DNA of 63,359 nt, filler included, from Rhabdomonas costata (GCA_019059605.1; 49 parts of 49 records of this genome joined end to end with filler, not necessarily neighbours in it), one strand, 5' to 3'; shown: positions 33,679 to 47,368, counted from the first letter of the whole stretch. Notes: generated by a model from the letters alone, not told the origin. Numbers and translations: made by a program.

Positions 33679-34862
33679 CCGCAGCAGCAATGGGGTGTGG
33701 GTGTCCCCGGGGATTATTCTTCTCAGCAATTCCTCGAGGGGAGCCGCAAGCTTACCCTCCGGGTACCGTATCCTCACGCCATGCGGGACTTTTTGGTGCG
33801 CCCCGTGGAGGACGGGTTCCCGAGGAATGGGGAGGGTGCCGAGTCTCGCTCTCGGTCCATCCTGGTGAAGCTGCAGAGGGAAACTGGGTGCACTTCGGTA
33901 CGGCCCACGGGCTCAGCTGTGGTGATTGAGGGCACGTTGCCCCAAGTGCTGGCCTGCCAGAAGGAGCTGAGCCGCTTGATGGAGCTTAACAGGGCACGTT
34001 CTCACGCGCTGTTTTTTTCTCCTACCATTCTATTCAGTTCCACGCATCACAGAATTTTCGACGTATGTGAGAACTGTCCCCCAGCTCCGATTCAACGTGG
34101 CCCCCCAAAAATTTCCATTTAGACTCGTTAACGTGGGTGCTCGGTTTCCTGACTCCTTTATATAGTGATACGCATGAATGGGCGAAGGCATCACATTGAA
34201 GAAAGTAAGACCGAGTCTTGTTTTCTTATTTCTTGTCGTTATTGCTGTTTGGTGATTCAGAACAAGTATTTCGTCACCACGGTGCATGTCCCTGCCCCGG
34301 CGGAAGTCCTGAGCGTGCTTTCTCACTCTCCGAAGTCCCTGTCAGAGCTTCGGGGCTCTGTCGCGGACAGCTCTGGCGGAAGCACTCTGACTACCCACAT
34401 CCGTAGGCTGATCAACCAGCAGCGCGGTAGCGCGGTTTTCGCGGGCCCCTTGGACTCACGGAGGCCCAGCGCCAGCGCCCTCTCGGCGCCCTCCCGTGGC
34501 ATGGTAAGCCCCTTGGAGATCGTGCGGCGGCAGTGCGGGCTGGTCAGCGTGGTGGCAAACATCCCGGAGTCCCGAGTTGAGCTCACGGGGGACCCCGACC
34601 AGCTAACGGACGCCGTGAGGCGGGTGCAGTGGCTGCTGCGACTCAGCGAGGTTCGTGATCCGGCAGGCGAGGGCTCTGTGAACTTTCTGGGTGCTTCATT
34701 GCAGCATTCGCCCTTGTCCTTGCTATATAAAGACCTGATTATTCTTGCCTTCTTGCCTTCTTGGCCTATGTTTTGTTGCATTTAGATTGTTACTGCTGTG
34801 GTACCCTGCGATCGCGTGCTGATGACGTTCCTGATGAAGAGCCGCGAGAGGGGCAGTGGCGG
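33679..34862 (+). CDS. Multi-KH-like domain protein, exons ~33679-33993, 34261-34650, 34786 onward
   Basis: Repeated units LxVP...LQRETGC...VVIEGTLPQVLACQKELSRLM and VHVP...VRRQCG...VELTGDPDQLTDAVRRVQWLL resemble the type I KH fold. Confidence 0.55.
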
Positions 34863-34978
34863 CCCAACAAAANNNNNNNNNNNNNNNNNNNNNNNNNNNN
34901 NNNNNNNNNNNNNNNNTTAATTAATTAANNNNNNNNNNNNNNNNNNNNNNNNNNNNNNNNNNNNNNNNNNNNTGTTGG

Positions 34979-35561
34979 TTGTCGACATCCACAACGAACC
35001 GACCCAACCCACCATTCTAGGTACACGCTTGGTATCAGGTCGAGTGCCCCTCCACGCGCTCCCCTCCGTCTCCGTCCTCCCGTTCCGGGGGTCGATTTGC
35101 GGCGCACTTTGCGGTGTGGAGTAAGTCTCATGTGCGCGTTGTTATGAATTCATTGAAATACCCGCAGCAGTAGCAGGGGGAACGTGCTGTCTTCGAAACT
35201 CCAGTTTGAGAGGTTGGACATAGCCAAGGGTCGACATTGGATGCGAACTTGTGTTGCCGCTGTATGTTTGACTAATGTGCCTGCTTTCCCCTCTCTATGG
35301 ATATATTTTGATGTGCTTTTTGTGGTTTGGTGTGGCGAGGACACCCGGTCCGGTGGGTGGGGGTATCGCAGGAAGTGGTGGCCGTTCAGGAGTTCAGTAC
35401 GTGCAGCCCCAGAGGTATATTGCTGTTGAAGACGTGCGTTTCTGTTCTGGTGCGTTCTCTTCATGCGTTGGACGTGATTTTAGTCTTCTTTGTCCCGTTT
35501 TGCTTGTCGACATCCACAACGAACCGACCCAACCCACCATTCTAGGTACACGCTTGGTATC
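34979..35561 (+). repeat. Exact 58-bp direct duplication (34979-35036 and 35504-35561)
   Basis: TTGTCGACATCCACAACGAACC...ACACGCTTGGTATC occurs twice. Confidence 0.9.
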
Positions 35562-37562
35562 TTTGTTGGACATCCTCCTGAACGGTGTGGTGCATTTGAG
35601 GGAGAGGGGGAGGGGGGCTGTCTTTTTGTGTATGCAGAGCTCGTCGAGGAAAGCACAACCTTCTCCTGGGTGTGCATTGTTTTTTCATTCTTTCCTTATC
35701 CGTTATAGAAACCTGCAGAGCGAATAGTGCCACCATGAGCACACGCATGCACACACCACACGCTGTCTTGCTCATTCCCCCACAATTGTTAATTAGGGGT
35801 AGTGAGCGAAGTGCCAGAGTGACCCGACACCAGCATTTCGGCAACCTGCTCAGTAAGCGGATGTTCGTTTTCTCAAAAGGAGGGTGTGTCCGCAGCGCAG
35901 CGTTGGGATTACTCGCGAAGGACCGAGCGGCTCCATAGATTTTGTCAAGACCCTTTTTTGCCACAAATAATGCATCCACCTCTACAGGGAAAGCATCGAC
36001 TTCGGCAACTGCGCGGAGCAGATGAAGTCAGAGATCCCCATGAGAACGAATACCATTTTCTGAATTTGAACCGCTGAATAATTCGAATTGACTGAATTTT
36101 CACGATTCTTGTGCGTGCTCGGCAAGGGTTTTCTCGCCCTTTAGCTCAGCACTGGCGACAACAAAAANNNNNNNNNNNNNNNNNNNNNNNNNNNNNNNNN
36201 NNNNNNNNNNNTTAATTAATTAANNNNNNNNNNNNNNNNNNNNNNNNNNNNNNNNNNNNNNNNNNNNGTTACCACCCCATCTCAATCACGCCCTCCCCCT
36301 CTCTTTCCTTCGGGCCGTTCGCCCCGGATGCAGCTGCAGAAGTCTGCTGCCTAATCTCAAGCATTCCTTCATTGCTTTGGTTCTTTCTCTCAACACATAC
36401 GCGCGTGAAGAGCACCAGCACCACGTGTGTGTTTGGAGGAGAAATTCATTGCATTAGGCCAAAGGAAGGAGAGGATCACAGACACACCAGCAGTGCCGTA
36501 GTTGACAGACGTCTTTTTTAGCCAACCCTAACTCCAAAACTTTCTTACACAACAAAAATTTCCAAGCAGACCGATGCACAAACGGAAAAAGGAATCTAAA
36601 AACCACGGTGGGAGCATACCCACAGAGAGGGGAAGCTCCCGGACCTCCTTGATTCCCCAGCCCAGCAACTCAATGGTACTTTGTGCCTCTGAAAAAGGAA
36701 CGGAGGGGTAATAAAACAACTTTCAAAGAAAGTGCCACTTCCTGCTCGGCTCCGCATATCATCCGCAGCGCTTCGCTCATTGGTGGATACAAAACCGAGG
36801 CACCCGATACTTCCAACAAAGCCTCGCGACACATAAGGGAAGACTGGCCGAGAGAAGCTCACAGATTGTTGCCGTGGCGCGGATGTTTGGAAACTTTCCC
36901 TTGCACCTCCGTCCGGATTCCATGCCCGTATATGTGTTTTGAATGGTTTTTCACCCGTTGGATGGATTTTGCACGACCAAAGAGGAAGGGGCCCATTTCT
37001 TACAGGAGCCGGAAGACAGTTACATCTAAAGAGCCTGCCTTAATCTCCGCAAAGTGGACCGGTGCGATGGGCCCTCGACCAAAAAAGAAAGAGAGAAAGG
37101 TGGGAGCGCACCCTCAAAATGCTTACGGAGCAGCTGAGTGAAGCGCTTCTCATGCTCCAGGGTGGTGATTGGCGGAAAGGAGCCAAGCGATTGCAGGGCG
37201 TCTGGGCGAGCGCAGCAACCAAAAGTGAGGTATCCTCCTATTCCCATATTCCCCGCAAAAGTGAATACCCAGAATTGCAGCCCAAAACTGAAACAGAATA
37301 CAAAAGTTCACTGTCCCACAGCGTTTACAGCAATGTTCACAGTGTGGACGAAGGAAAAGGCATCAGCCATAGCTGAAAACGAAGACAACCGGTTGCTCAG
37401 AATGATGGGGGCTGCAGAGATGAAGCTGCGGAAATACAGGTAACTGGTAATTAACACAAACANNNNNNNNNNNNNNNNNNNNNNNNNNNNNNNNNNNNNN
37501 NNNNNNTTAATTAATTAANNNNNNNNNNNNNNNNNNNNNNNNNNNNNNNNNNNNNNNNNNNN

Positions 37563-37587
37563 TGTAGGGTGTGTTTGGTGGTTTGGG
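37563..37587 (+). other. Probable whole-genome-amplification primer remnant
   Basis: TGTAGGGTGTGTTTGG followed by G/T-only bases; resembles the GenomePlex-type universal primer TGTGTTGGGTGTGTTTGG as recalled. Confidence 0.6.
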
Positions 37588-38870
37588 TATGCCAGTTCAT
37601 TACTGATAAGCGATGCCGTTTCGGTACGGAGGGCCGAATCACATGCTGATGAGCGTTGCCGTTTCGGTACCGAGGGCTTTGGTGCCAGCTTGCACCGACG
37701 TTGGTCCAGTCAAATCCAAGTAATGCTCAGTGGGCAAAATGCCTTGTGCTTCCTTTTCTTTCTGCTACCTTAGTGGTTTGAGGCATCTTTGGAATTGTGC
37801 AGAAAGTCTTTGGCCTTCTCTCATCACGGCGATGTTTTCGTTCCGGAGGGAAGTAGAAAAACGATGCCAATTTCTAGACGATAAAAAACAGAGGGCGGGA
37901 GGGCCACCCAAAAATTCCAGGTCAGGTGGAACCAGCGGAACTTACCTCGTGTATGGGAAGAGAGAAGGTTTCCGCACGGCGTGGAAGGACAACCCCGATG
38001 CGAAGCCGGGGACTGCCCCTGCCGCCCCCCAGCCCCTCCCTTGGGGTCCCAAGAAGCTCCGACAAGGGGTTTCGGGCCGCCACAGGGGAGTGACTGCTGC
38101 TGCCGCTGGCGCTCTGCCAGGCAACAGGGCAGCTAGAGGTGCGGGCATCGGGGCTAGTAGCACCAGTCCTGGTGGAGTTCACTTCCATGGGATCCACACA
38201 AATAATGAAGACTGCAAAGACTTTGCGTGCTATCGATAATGATAGGAAAACCGATCTTCAGCACAAGTCAACCTCGGTAAACCTGTGACACACTGCAAAC
38301 AGGGAGACGGGAATGCCAGGAAGCCTAATAAAGGGAAGTCCTCCACCCAGAAACTTCCGAGCCCATGACATATAGTAACTCCAAGTCCTCCCCATGCACG
38401 ACCACGCTGCGTGGTCTGCAGTTTGCGCTGGTTAGCATTTACCGGAAATGACTCATTCCTCGGACTGCGCTACGAAAGACCGGACCCAGGGTTGGAAAAC
38501 TCTTCGCCTTCGCGGCACTCCACATTAAAGTGGCACGATACCAACGAAAAATGAAAGCCTAAATAGGGTGCGCAAAAGTGTGTTTTCGAACGCCTGCTGT
38601 CACTTTTTCGGCGCCTCCCCCCCAAAAAAAAACAGCCTGTCTGCCGCATTCAGACAGTCTTCCTTCAGTCTTTCTCCCTTTCAAAACGCGTTATGTGTTC
38701 ATTGGCCATGCCCTTTTGTGTGTTTTCTGGACGTTAAGACGAGTAAAATAAAACCCCNNNNNNNNNNNNNNNNNNNNNNNNNNNNNNNNNNNNNNNNNNN
38801 NTTAATTAATTAANNNNNNNNNNNNNNNNNNNNNNNNNNNNNNNNNNNNNNNNNNNNTTGTTGTTGGCAC

Positions 38871-38981
38871 TACGCGGAGCGCGGGGAGGAGTTTGATGGG
38901 AAGCTGAATGCTTGGGACGTGTCGTTCTATGACAACCTCCTTCGGAAGCGGGAGTGCGGCGTGGATGAGGATGCGATCAAG
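38871..38981 (+). CDS. Exon of M3A metallopeptidase (thimet oligopeptidase/neurolysin-like)
   Basis: YAERGEEFDGKLNAWDVSFYDNLLRKRECGVDEDAIK|GT matches RGxxFDGxxxAWDxxYY...VDxxxxK preceding EYFP; missed by the ORF track. Confidence 0.8.
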
Positions 38982-40682
38982 GTTTGTGTGTGTGGCGCGC
39001 GGCGGACGAACATTCGTGCCTTCAAGTAGCAATCTTTTCTTTTGTTGGAAGGTGGCTCAGTGAATCCAGAAAACACCGTTTTTGTGCCATAACCACACGT
39101 TATCGCTTTGGCTTCCGCACTTTTCCTGGATGAGTTTTCTGCGGTGAACCTGAGCAAGGCCAGAGCCCTCATACTGTCATACTGACAATGCGGCTCTGTT
39201 TTTGTTGCCTGTGAGGTGAACTCTATGGTCCCATGTTCAAAAATGACCAATGGCAACATGCTTCTCAGAAAGACTCTTTGCGTGCGCTGCTACAACGGGA
39301 GCAATGTTCACTAGCGACTGATTGGTGTGGCGCGGGGATGACACTCACTTTTCCAGGAATATTTTCCCGTTTCTGTGGTCTTGGAGAAGACTTTGGAGAT
39401 TTACCAGAATCTGTTCAGCCTGCAGTTCGTTGAGATTACCGACTTTGATAGGGCACCGTGGCCGTGCGTTGTTTTTTTCTGGTCGAGGCGGGGGGGGGAT
39501 GCATCTGGGCTCTTGCAAGGTCGCCAAGAGCCTTCTCAGTGTACGGAATCCACACAGGTTTTTATGTCTTTTTTTGCATTATGCACGCGGTGTTTTTGCC
39601 TCAATTGCTCCCATTCTCGGGCCTGAGATGGACTGGAAAACTGAATGTGCGTTTTGCTTGGTGTTTTAAAAAAAACAAGCTAAAGTGTGCTACAACTCAG
39701 AACTGCACCACAACTTTATGGTTGTGTTCAATCCCGACTTTAAACTCCCCTCTCCGGTCACAGATCCCTTCAAAAATTATAACGCAAACACGTAATCAAC
39801 CGAAAGAAAGAATCGTGCTTTCGGCGCACTAATCACTTAGCATTGCTCCATATCTCACCCATTTTTCAGCTCGCACCCCAGAAAACTTCGGGTTTTATGT
39901 CATGTCATGTCCTCAAACAGCAGCATTAACAGGCCAATAAAAAACTTTGAAAAATGGATACATACCATTTTCTGCGTTTCCGGGTTACCGCCATGGCATG
40001 TGGATCTCAGTTCCCCACAATCGCCAGTTTTGCCTGTTCACACCACCACCACNNNNNNNNNNNNNNNNNNNNNNNNNNNNNNNNNNNNNNNNNNNNTTAA
40101 TTAATTAANNNNNNNNNNNNNNNNNNNNNNNNNNNNNNNNNNNNNNNNNNNNGGGGGTTGGTGATCCCCTTAATAATAGGTCCGATTTTTTCATCAAAAA
40201 TCGAGTACTTTTTTAAAGTATTCCGTCGTGTTGAACGGTTTGAACTTGAAAGTGCCTCGGCGCCTTTAGCGCGAAGTCCAATAACTTTGGTGGCAGGATA
40301 AAAGACTGAAGATTCGGGATGTAACTGGTGCATAGGGATGAAGCGCGCGGCGTATTTCATGGTGGCCGTTGATTGAAAAGGATAAAAGAAACAAGATCAA
40401 GAACATCACACCGAGGCAGGTCGGGAAAAACTACCACTGAAGTGTTTGACACAGGCACGCAAACAAAGCGACCACCCAAGTCAGAGAAATGATTGGGAAG
40501 GAAAGTGGAAAATCGGACGCGTAGCCCACTAGATGAAGGAAATTAAATGCATTGTTTCATTGTTTTTTGACGGACCGATGTATGCTTCAAGGCGCGTTTG
40601 CCAAGCATTCAGCCAGACGATTGGTTGACAGACTAGTAGTTTGACCCAGCTGGAACTTTATCAACCTTCTGCAACCACCTCT

Positions 40683-40803
40683 CCTCCGTGTTCCTTCCCG
40701 ACAAAGCTTTCGCTTTGTGGGCGCTGGCAACTTACCTAGGTGAGGAGACTTTCTTTCCCCCGGGTTGGCCCCGCTTTCGCCGAGGGCCGGGTAGAGCCTG
40801 GCC
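40683..40803 (-). repeat. Internal fragment of structured repeat module B
   Basis: Reverse complement aligns with about 25199-25319. Confidence 0.85.
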
Positions 40804-41223
40804 TCCGCGCTTCTCTCCTGTGATACCCCAGTTACTCCTGTCTTTGGGTACATCCACCACACAGTGCACACTTCCCTTTTTTCGATATTTATCTTCCGTC
40901 ATAAACCTCGGTATTCTAGGTATTCTAGGACGCATACATCGCACAAAACATGACCTTCAAAGTAGTCCCACTTCTGGTCCAAATCCTAGCGCAATCCGGG
41001 TCCTGAGTTTTAACTCTAACTTTACTCCTCATCCACAGTGCTCCAACCACAGCTCCTAACTTCTGTCACGGCCCAGATCGCGTAGGTGTGACAATAGAGA
41101 GAGCAGTCATGTAGGTGTGGCTAGAGAAGTATGGAGCAGTCCAGAAGAGAAAAAGAGTAGCAGTGTCATGAGAGAGAAGAGAAGCGAAGGATGCAAGCAA
41201 GGAAGAGTGCAGTCAGGGAAGGC

Positions 41224-41342
41224 GTGGATTCCAGAGCGGATGAGACCAAGAGAAGACAGCGGATGAGATCAAGAGGTGAGGGGAGGGCAGCGGAGCATTG
41301 CATCCGCTGTCTTCTCTTGGTCTCATCCGCTCTGGAATCCAC
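41224..41342. repeat. Perfect 42-bp inverted repeat at contig end (probable fold-back)
   Basis: 41224-41265 is the reverse complement of 41301-41342. Confidence 0.85.
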
Positions 41343-43290
41343 AACCCCNNNNNNNNNNNNNNNNNNNNNNNNNNNNNNNNNNNNNNNNNNNNTTAATTAA
41401 TTAANNNNNNNNNNNNNNNNNNNNNNNNNNNNNNNNNNNNNNNNNNNNGTGGGGGTGTGGAAGACCCGACTTTGCTGGGTGTGGCGCTGGAGGAGCTTAG
41501 CTCTGAGGTGGAGTGCACGGGGATGCGCGGGATTATTGGCAGGGCTTTGCGGCCGGATTGAATGAAGCATGCGACGAGGCTTGCATTGGAAATGTTGGTT
41601 GCTATCTTTCTTCTTTTCTTCTCTGTATGATACCTGTTGTTGGAAACCTGCATCCTGTCGTGGCACGAGCCCACCGATTCGGCACTCGTTGCTTGACTGG
41701 CTCTATCTAAAATAAGCGTTACCACTCCAAGTTCATTCCTTGATTCACGTTTAGAGGGGTTTTCCCGGGGAGTATTGGCGGGAGAATAGTTGGAATTCTG
41801 ACGAGTGTGTGCCTCCAGATGTGTCTCCAGAGTAAGGCACATGATTCAAGTACCAGAATGGCAACAATAGTGTGAACATAATGGTTGCTGAGGGGGGAGT
41901 AAGGAGCCTTTTGTCAGGTTGCAGCACAATTTGCAAGAGAACCCTGAAGGATGTATCACAGCCCAGATCAGTGCTAGCTTCCTCCATCCCCCCTCTTCTC
42001 GGATCCCTAAATTGCGCGAACCCGGGAATGCTTGGCTGTTGTCAGCTTCGTGCGTTGTTAGGCTGATAAACCCAAACCCAACATTAAAATAGGCATATCA
42101 ATTTCCCCGTCTTGGTCTTGACCTGACCGACTGCTCGTCTCCGAGTCAATTCATTCACCCTGCTTGCGGCACACTGGTGTACACACACCGCTCTGATGTA
42201 CATGTCTCGTCCTTCCGTTCTCATATGACCTGTGTTCGTACACGCAAAGCACTTCTTTGGCTTTCAGCGATTTCACCCCTGCGCGAGGGGGTCAGATTCA
42301 TTCAAATACACCGGATCTACTGAGCGCAGACAGTCGATATTTTTCTGATGGCTTGACTCCTCGCTCCTAGTGCTTCGCCCTTTGTTTTGCATAACTGTGT
42401 ACCCATGTCGCTGTTCTCGCCGTTTTAATCCACCCCAGTTCCCCCAGCTTCAACCTGTTTCCAATGGATCGCTCCAAGTCCACCACCACCACCACCAAGG
42501 CCCCGCGGTCGGAGGAGGGGCTGGCCCTGCAAGTCCTGGTCCTGGAATCCTCCGAGCTCTTCTCCGGTCTCCCCTCTGAGCCCGGCCTCACCCTCCAAAG
42601 CTTGTTTTGCGAAAATATGATCCCTGCCCAACCACCCAACACANNNNNNNNNNNNNNNNNNNNNNNNNNNNNNNNNNNNNNNNNNNNTTAATTAATTAAN
42701 NNNNNNNNNNNNNNNNNNNNNNNNNNNNNNNNNNNNNNNNNNNGTTGTGTGGTCGGTCGATGATCATGGCCATCTTCCGCTCCGCCTTTAAGCTCACGTG
42801 GTTCCGCTACGCGGTTCGGTTGTGCACTCTTCGCAGTGTTGACAATGGGGGATGCATGAGAAGCATCTGGCGTAGAGCTGCTTTCGGAAACCCTCAAAAG
42901 GCGTTTGTTGAAATGTACGCCACGCGAGATTTGAAGATCTGTAGTGTTCTTCATGAAGATTTCGGTGCTTTGCACAGATAGCTGTGCACGTGCGCCTTTC
43001 TCTGCATCGTATTTTCCGAAAATTTCAGAGTAAAGTTTTTCTTCCTCTTTAAAACAAGTAATTGCCACTGTGGCTGACTGGGGCATCAGAGCTGGTCCTC
43101 ACAAAAAATCAATTTTGGCTCAGCTGCTTGAGCGGCTCCAGAGACGTCTCTATGAGTGCCGTCACGACCAGCCTCCTGTTTTGCGGCCTCTCCTTTGTGA
43201 CGCGTTTTCTAATGTTAGGCGTGGCCTGCAATTAGCGCTACTTCGCCACATGACTCCCCCCGAACTGTCTCGTTACGGCACCGACCACAG

Positions 43291-43469
43291 TCATGTGGGT
43301 ATGGGAGGATCCTGCGTCGCTTCACCAGCTTTGGGTGGTGGCTGTGCTGGTGCTGGCGCTGGGCGTGACCACCCAGCTGGACAGCCAGAAGATCCTCGCC
43401 CGCAAGCACAAGGATACCATCTCTGGGACGCGTATCATGGCCCTGGATACCCGCTACTTCCGTGACCAG
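43291..43469 (+). CDS. Exon of unknown membrane protein
   Basis: CACAG|MWVWEDPASLHQLWVVAVLVLALGVTTQLDSQKILARKHKDTISGTRIMALDTRYFRDQ; coding-like composition; 3' boundary uncertain. Confidence 0.5.
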
Positions 43470-44603
43470 GCCTGCTTGCATGCGGGGGGGGGGGGCTTCG
43501 AAGGTTTTCCGAAGGGGCTGGTGATCGACCGTGTTCCCTTGCTCTACTTCCAATAGCGCTGTTCGCTTCTGGGTCCCTCGCAGATGCCTAACGTTTGTTT
43601 GAACAATGCTCTCCTTGCAGACAGATAAGGCTAGTAACACCCCGAAACCCCACCGGTCTTTCACCTCCTCCTCTCGATGACAGGACTAATTTTCTCTTAA
43701 AATCCTCTTGCCACCCAGGCGCTCCCTTCAATTTTGGTGAACCTTGATCTCTAAGTCAGCGCAGCAAACCTCTTTCGTCCATCTCAGTTTTTCAGGAGGT
43801 TCGGTGGCGATGCACGTGCAGTGGAACAGCCGGTGCAGCGCGATAGTTTTTGGGGTGGGCGTCTTGCGTAAAGATGGAAAGCGGTGGACTGCTGTCAGGC
43901 GTCTGATGCCCCCAAACCCCCCCAAACACACCCACCACNNNNNNNNNNNNNNNNNNNNNNNNNNNNNNNNNNNNNNNNNNNNTTAATTAATTAANNNNNN
44001 NNNNNNNNNNNNNNNNNNNNNNNNNNNNNNNNNNNNNNTGTTGTTGTTTGAACGCAAGCAAGTGCATCAGACATATCGGCTGTGGTAAAATGAGAAGGAA
44101 AAAAGCACGCGGCAAAACAGAGACAGCGCAAAAAGATACAGAACGAGCCCATCAGCCTATGGCAGCCGAGCTTAAGCACACACATCCCCCAAAACGACAC
44201 ACTCGGTGCAGCATCTATGCCAAATAGAGGCATCAGAGATGCACCAAAGTGAGCTGAGCCAGCTTCGTACAAACCCCACTCTCACTCGCATCAAGAAAAA
44301 CAAGGATAATAACAGGTTGGAAAGCAGACCTGCCAGGGCAGGACGTTTAGGCACGGATCGGGAAAAAGGAGTGCAATGGGAGAAGGAGAATGGGGGATAT
44401 GACCGTCTCAGCACAGGATAAGCATAAAAGCAAAACCGTAAACTTGTGGGTTCGAATAGAGCAAGGGCGCTTGACATTTCATACGAGCTGCACCCAGCTC
44501 TCCCTTCACCAAAACAAACTCACGGAGGTGAACTGAATGAACACATAAAGATGATGTCTGTGAAGATAGCATTGATAGATAAGCTCTCGTTTGGGGCTTG
44601 AAC

Positions 44604-44905
44604 CTGGGGGACTCGGGATGACAAAGACCCCACGCTCCAGCGACTTCCGCCCGGAAGCATATCCTGCAAGAACACGAAGCCTTTCATTTATTCCTAAAGA
44701 TAAAGGCAAGCTGGCAACTTTCATCACGAACGCGCAAAATCAAACGGAAGACAGATGACGCAACACGATGCTCTTTACGGGCAAAGGTCCAAAGATCCGG
44801 CCCAAGCACTGTGAACACCTGCTGATATAACGCCCGTGGAACCACCCACGAATAGGAAAAAACGCTTGCTACTGACCACATGGCACTGCCTGTGGGGAGA
44901 GTCAC
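44604..44905 (-). CDS. Two probable exons (44905-44819, 44663-44604), unknown protein
   Basis: Phase 0 CAG/GT boundaries; VTLPTGSAMWSVASVFSYSWVVPRALYQQ + DMLPGGSRWSVGSLSSRVPQ. Confidence 0.35.
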
Positions 44906-45333
44906 CTGTCGGGACTGACGCGACCTGAGGCGAAACGAATAATTACGTCCCAGAGCATATGTAACCTTGGATTTTCGCTCTGTGTGAAAAATAGAAATTT
45001 CTTGAAATTTCTTATCTCAAGTTGAGGGCGGTGGTGGCGGCGGCGGCCCTTCAATTGGAATACTGACCGAGCTGAAGGGATTTGTACACTTTCAGAAAGG
45101 GGTGCAATGGAGAATGCACATAAACAAAAACCTGTCGCTCGCTCGTCACCCTACATTTCCTTCACCAGGACAAACAGAAGTCATTTTGCTTCACGGAGAA
45201 ACCACGCCCATACATGCACTAAACCCCCAACAANNNNNNNNNNNNNNNNNNNNNNNNNNNNNNNNNNNNNNNNNNNNTTAATTAATTAANNNNNNNNNNN
45301 NNNNNNNNNNNNNNNNNNNNNNNNNNNNNNNNN

Positions 45334-46218
45334 GTCTCCGTCACTGGGGTGCCCGTGGGGGCCAGAGCCAGGGTGCAGGCGCTGTGTGCCGAGCACGGCG
45401 GGGTGTTCTCGGGGAGCCTGGACCGGGAGTGCACCCACTTGATTGCCATGCTCAGCCCAGCAGACGCAGGTTGGACATGGGCGGGTGGGCATGAGGAGTG
45501 GCACAGATACAGATGCCTTTTTTTGCACATGACGGTTGTGCCATGTGCCTGGGGTCTCTTGGCGGATCCAAGGGTGCGTATGGTTGGGTTACCCTGCGAC
45601 AAGAATGACATCGCAATGCAGAGGAAACCGTCACTTCGGCGCTATTTGCGTGCTACTACCGTGCGTGAACTTGTGGGAAGGCAGTGGTTTGTGGATTGAT
45701 GAAGAAAGTGCATGCTGGCGCTGACGGAGAGTCTTTGGTGATAAATATCTTATCCCCGGTATCCTGGCTAGTTTCAGCTCGCGCCTTTCGCCCCTGCACT
45801 TTCTCAGGTTCCTACATGCACGTGTGCGATCCTCTTACCACTACCACTGTTTTCTTTTTTAGGAAAAGAGAACAAAAAGCTCCGGGCAGCCCATGAATGG
45901 GGCGTCAGCGTGGTCAGCTACAGCTGGGTCTTCGCCCAGATCTTCACCCACGGCTGCGCCCGGGAGTGTGACTTTCCACCCGATGACTTCGTGATTGTGG
46001 ACCAACTGCCTCCTCGGTCGGCCCTCGAGGCGGTCCCTTCTGAGGAGGCTGGGTGCCTGGAGGGCAGCACTTTTCTTTTGGTTGGGTTTGCCTCGGACCC
46101 GGAGGCGGAGTGGGCGTGCAACCGAATCCTGCTGCACCTGGGCGGGCTGCGGGTGCCGTTTTACTTCGACACTGTGAGCTATGTCGTGGTGAACACCTCG
46201 ATGACGTTATCTGAGCAG
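45334..46218 (+). CDS. Tandem BRCT protein, TopBP1/Dpb11/Cut5-like; exons 45334-45469 and 45863-46218
   Basis: Spliced VSVTGV...LCAEHGGVFSGSLDRECTHLIA...KKLRAAHEWGVSVVSYSWVF...CLEGSTFLLVGF...LLHLGGLR...VSYVVV gives two consecutive BRCT repeats. Confidence 0.8.
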
Positions 46219-47048
46219 GTTGGACGCACCGTGTGCTTTGGCTTTTGGAGATAAACTTTGGTTTTGAGTGGAAGCTTCTCGGCCAGTACTGGTGTCCGTT
46301 CAGAGTGTTCTGATTTTGATTTCAGAATATCCATTCCTCCACAGTCGGACCATCGCATTCCCCTCACTGTTGGAATGCTTTTGGTTCAGAAAAAAGAAAA
46401 AACGAAAGCTAGAGCTAAGATCAGAAATCACCTCACCGAGGAAACAAACAAGGAAAGCAACTCACAGCGAAAGGGTGTTTTTTGTAATGTTTAGGAAATG
46501 TACAAACTGCAATGTACAAAATACCCCNNNNNNNNNNNNNNNNNNNNNNNNNNNNNNNNNNNNNNNNNNNNTTAATTAATTAANNNNNNNNNNNNNNNNN
46601 NNNNNNNNNNNNNNNNNNNNNNNNNNNTGTTGTGGGAGTACGTGTTTCCGGGCAAGGAGTGATCCTTGGCCGGGGGAGAAGATCCGGTTTCTGACATTAG
46701 GAGGACCGTTACAAATGGCCGGCCTCCATGGTAAAACTTTTTGCTTTCGTAAATCTCGGTAGGTAGCTTTGAGTTTAAGGCAGCGGGCGAACAGAAAACC
46801 AAGATTCGCCCAGGCATTTAAAGAAGGCAGTTAAGCGTTACTTTTTATCGACTGCTTTAAGTTTTGTCGGTTAGCCGGATCTTTGAAAAAGAGGAGATTC
46901 ATTCTGCACTTTGCATTGATGTAGTTCGTGGTTAGTGGGTCTAGCGGCGAAGTGCTGATTGAAGGGCCACGTTCGGCGCGTCGCAAAGGCGCTTGTCAAG
47001 GTGAGGAGGAGCGGAGGAGAGACATGGTCATGGAGTTGATCCGCTGAA

Positions 47049-47073
47049 AGACAGACAGACAGACAGACAGACA
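47049..47073. repeat. (AGAC)6 microsatellite
   Basis: Direct reading. Confidence 0.9.
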
Positions 47074-47368
47074 AATGTGCCAACTTTGCTCTGATTCAAA
47101 TATGTTTTGGCAATGGACCGACGCAATTGAGACGGTGGAAGAACAGAGCAAGCGAACGACGGAGCGACGAAGAGGAGAGAAAACAACCACCTTGTGCGCT
47201 GCAATGTGTTTAATTCGGCGGGGGAAGGTATTTCTATCGACTCTTGTCCGTCGACTTTCGGTTTGTCCGCACGTGCTTGGTCCTATTCTCTTATGTCCTG
47301 CGCGCACACAAAAATTTTTCCGCGCTGACCTCGGCCTAGGGCGGACTCCTTCGAGAACGCTGTGGCAG

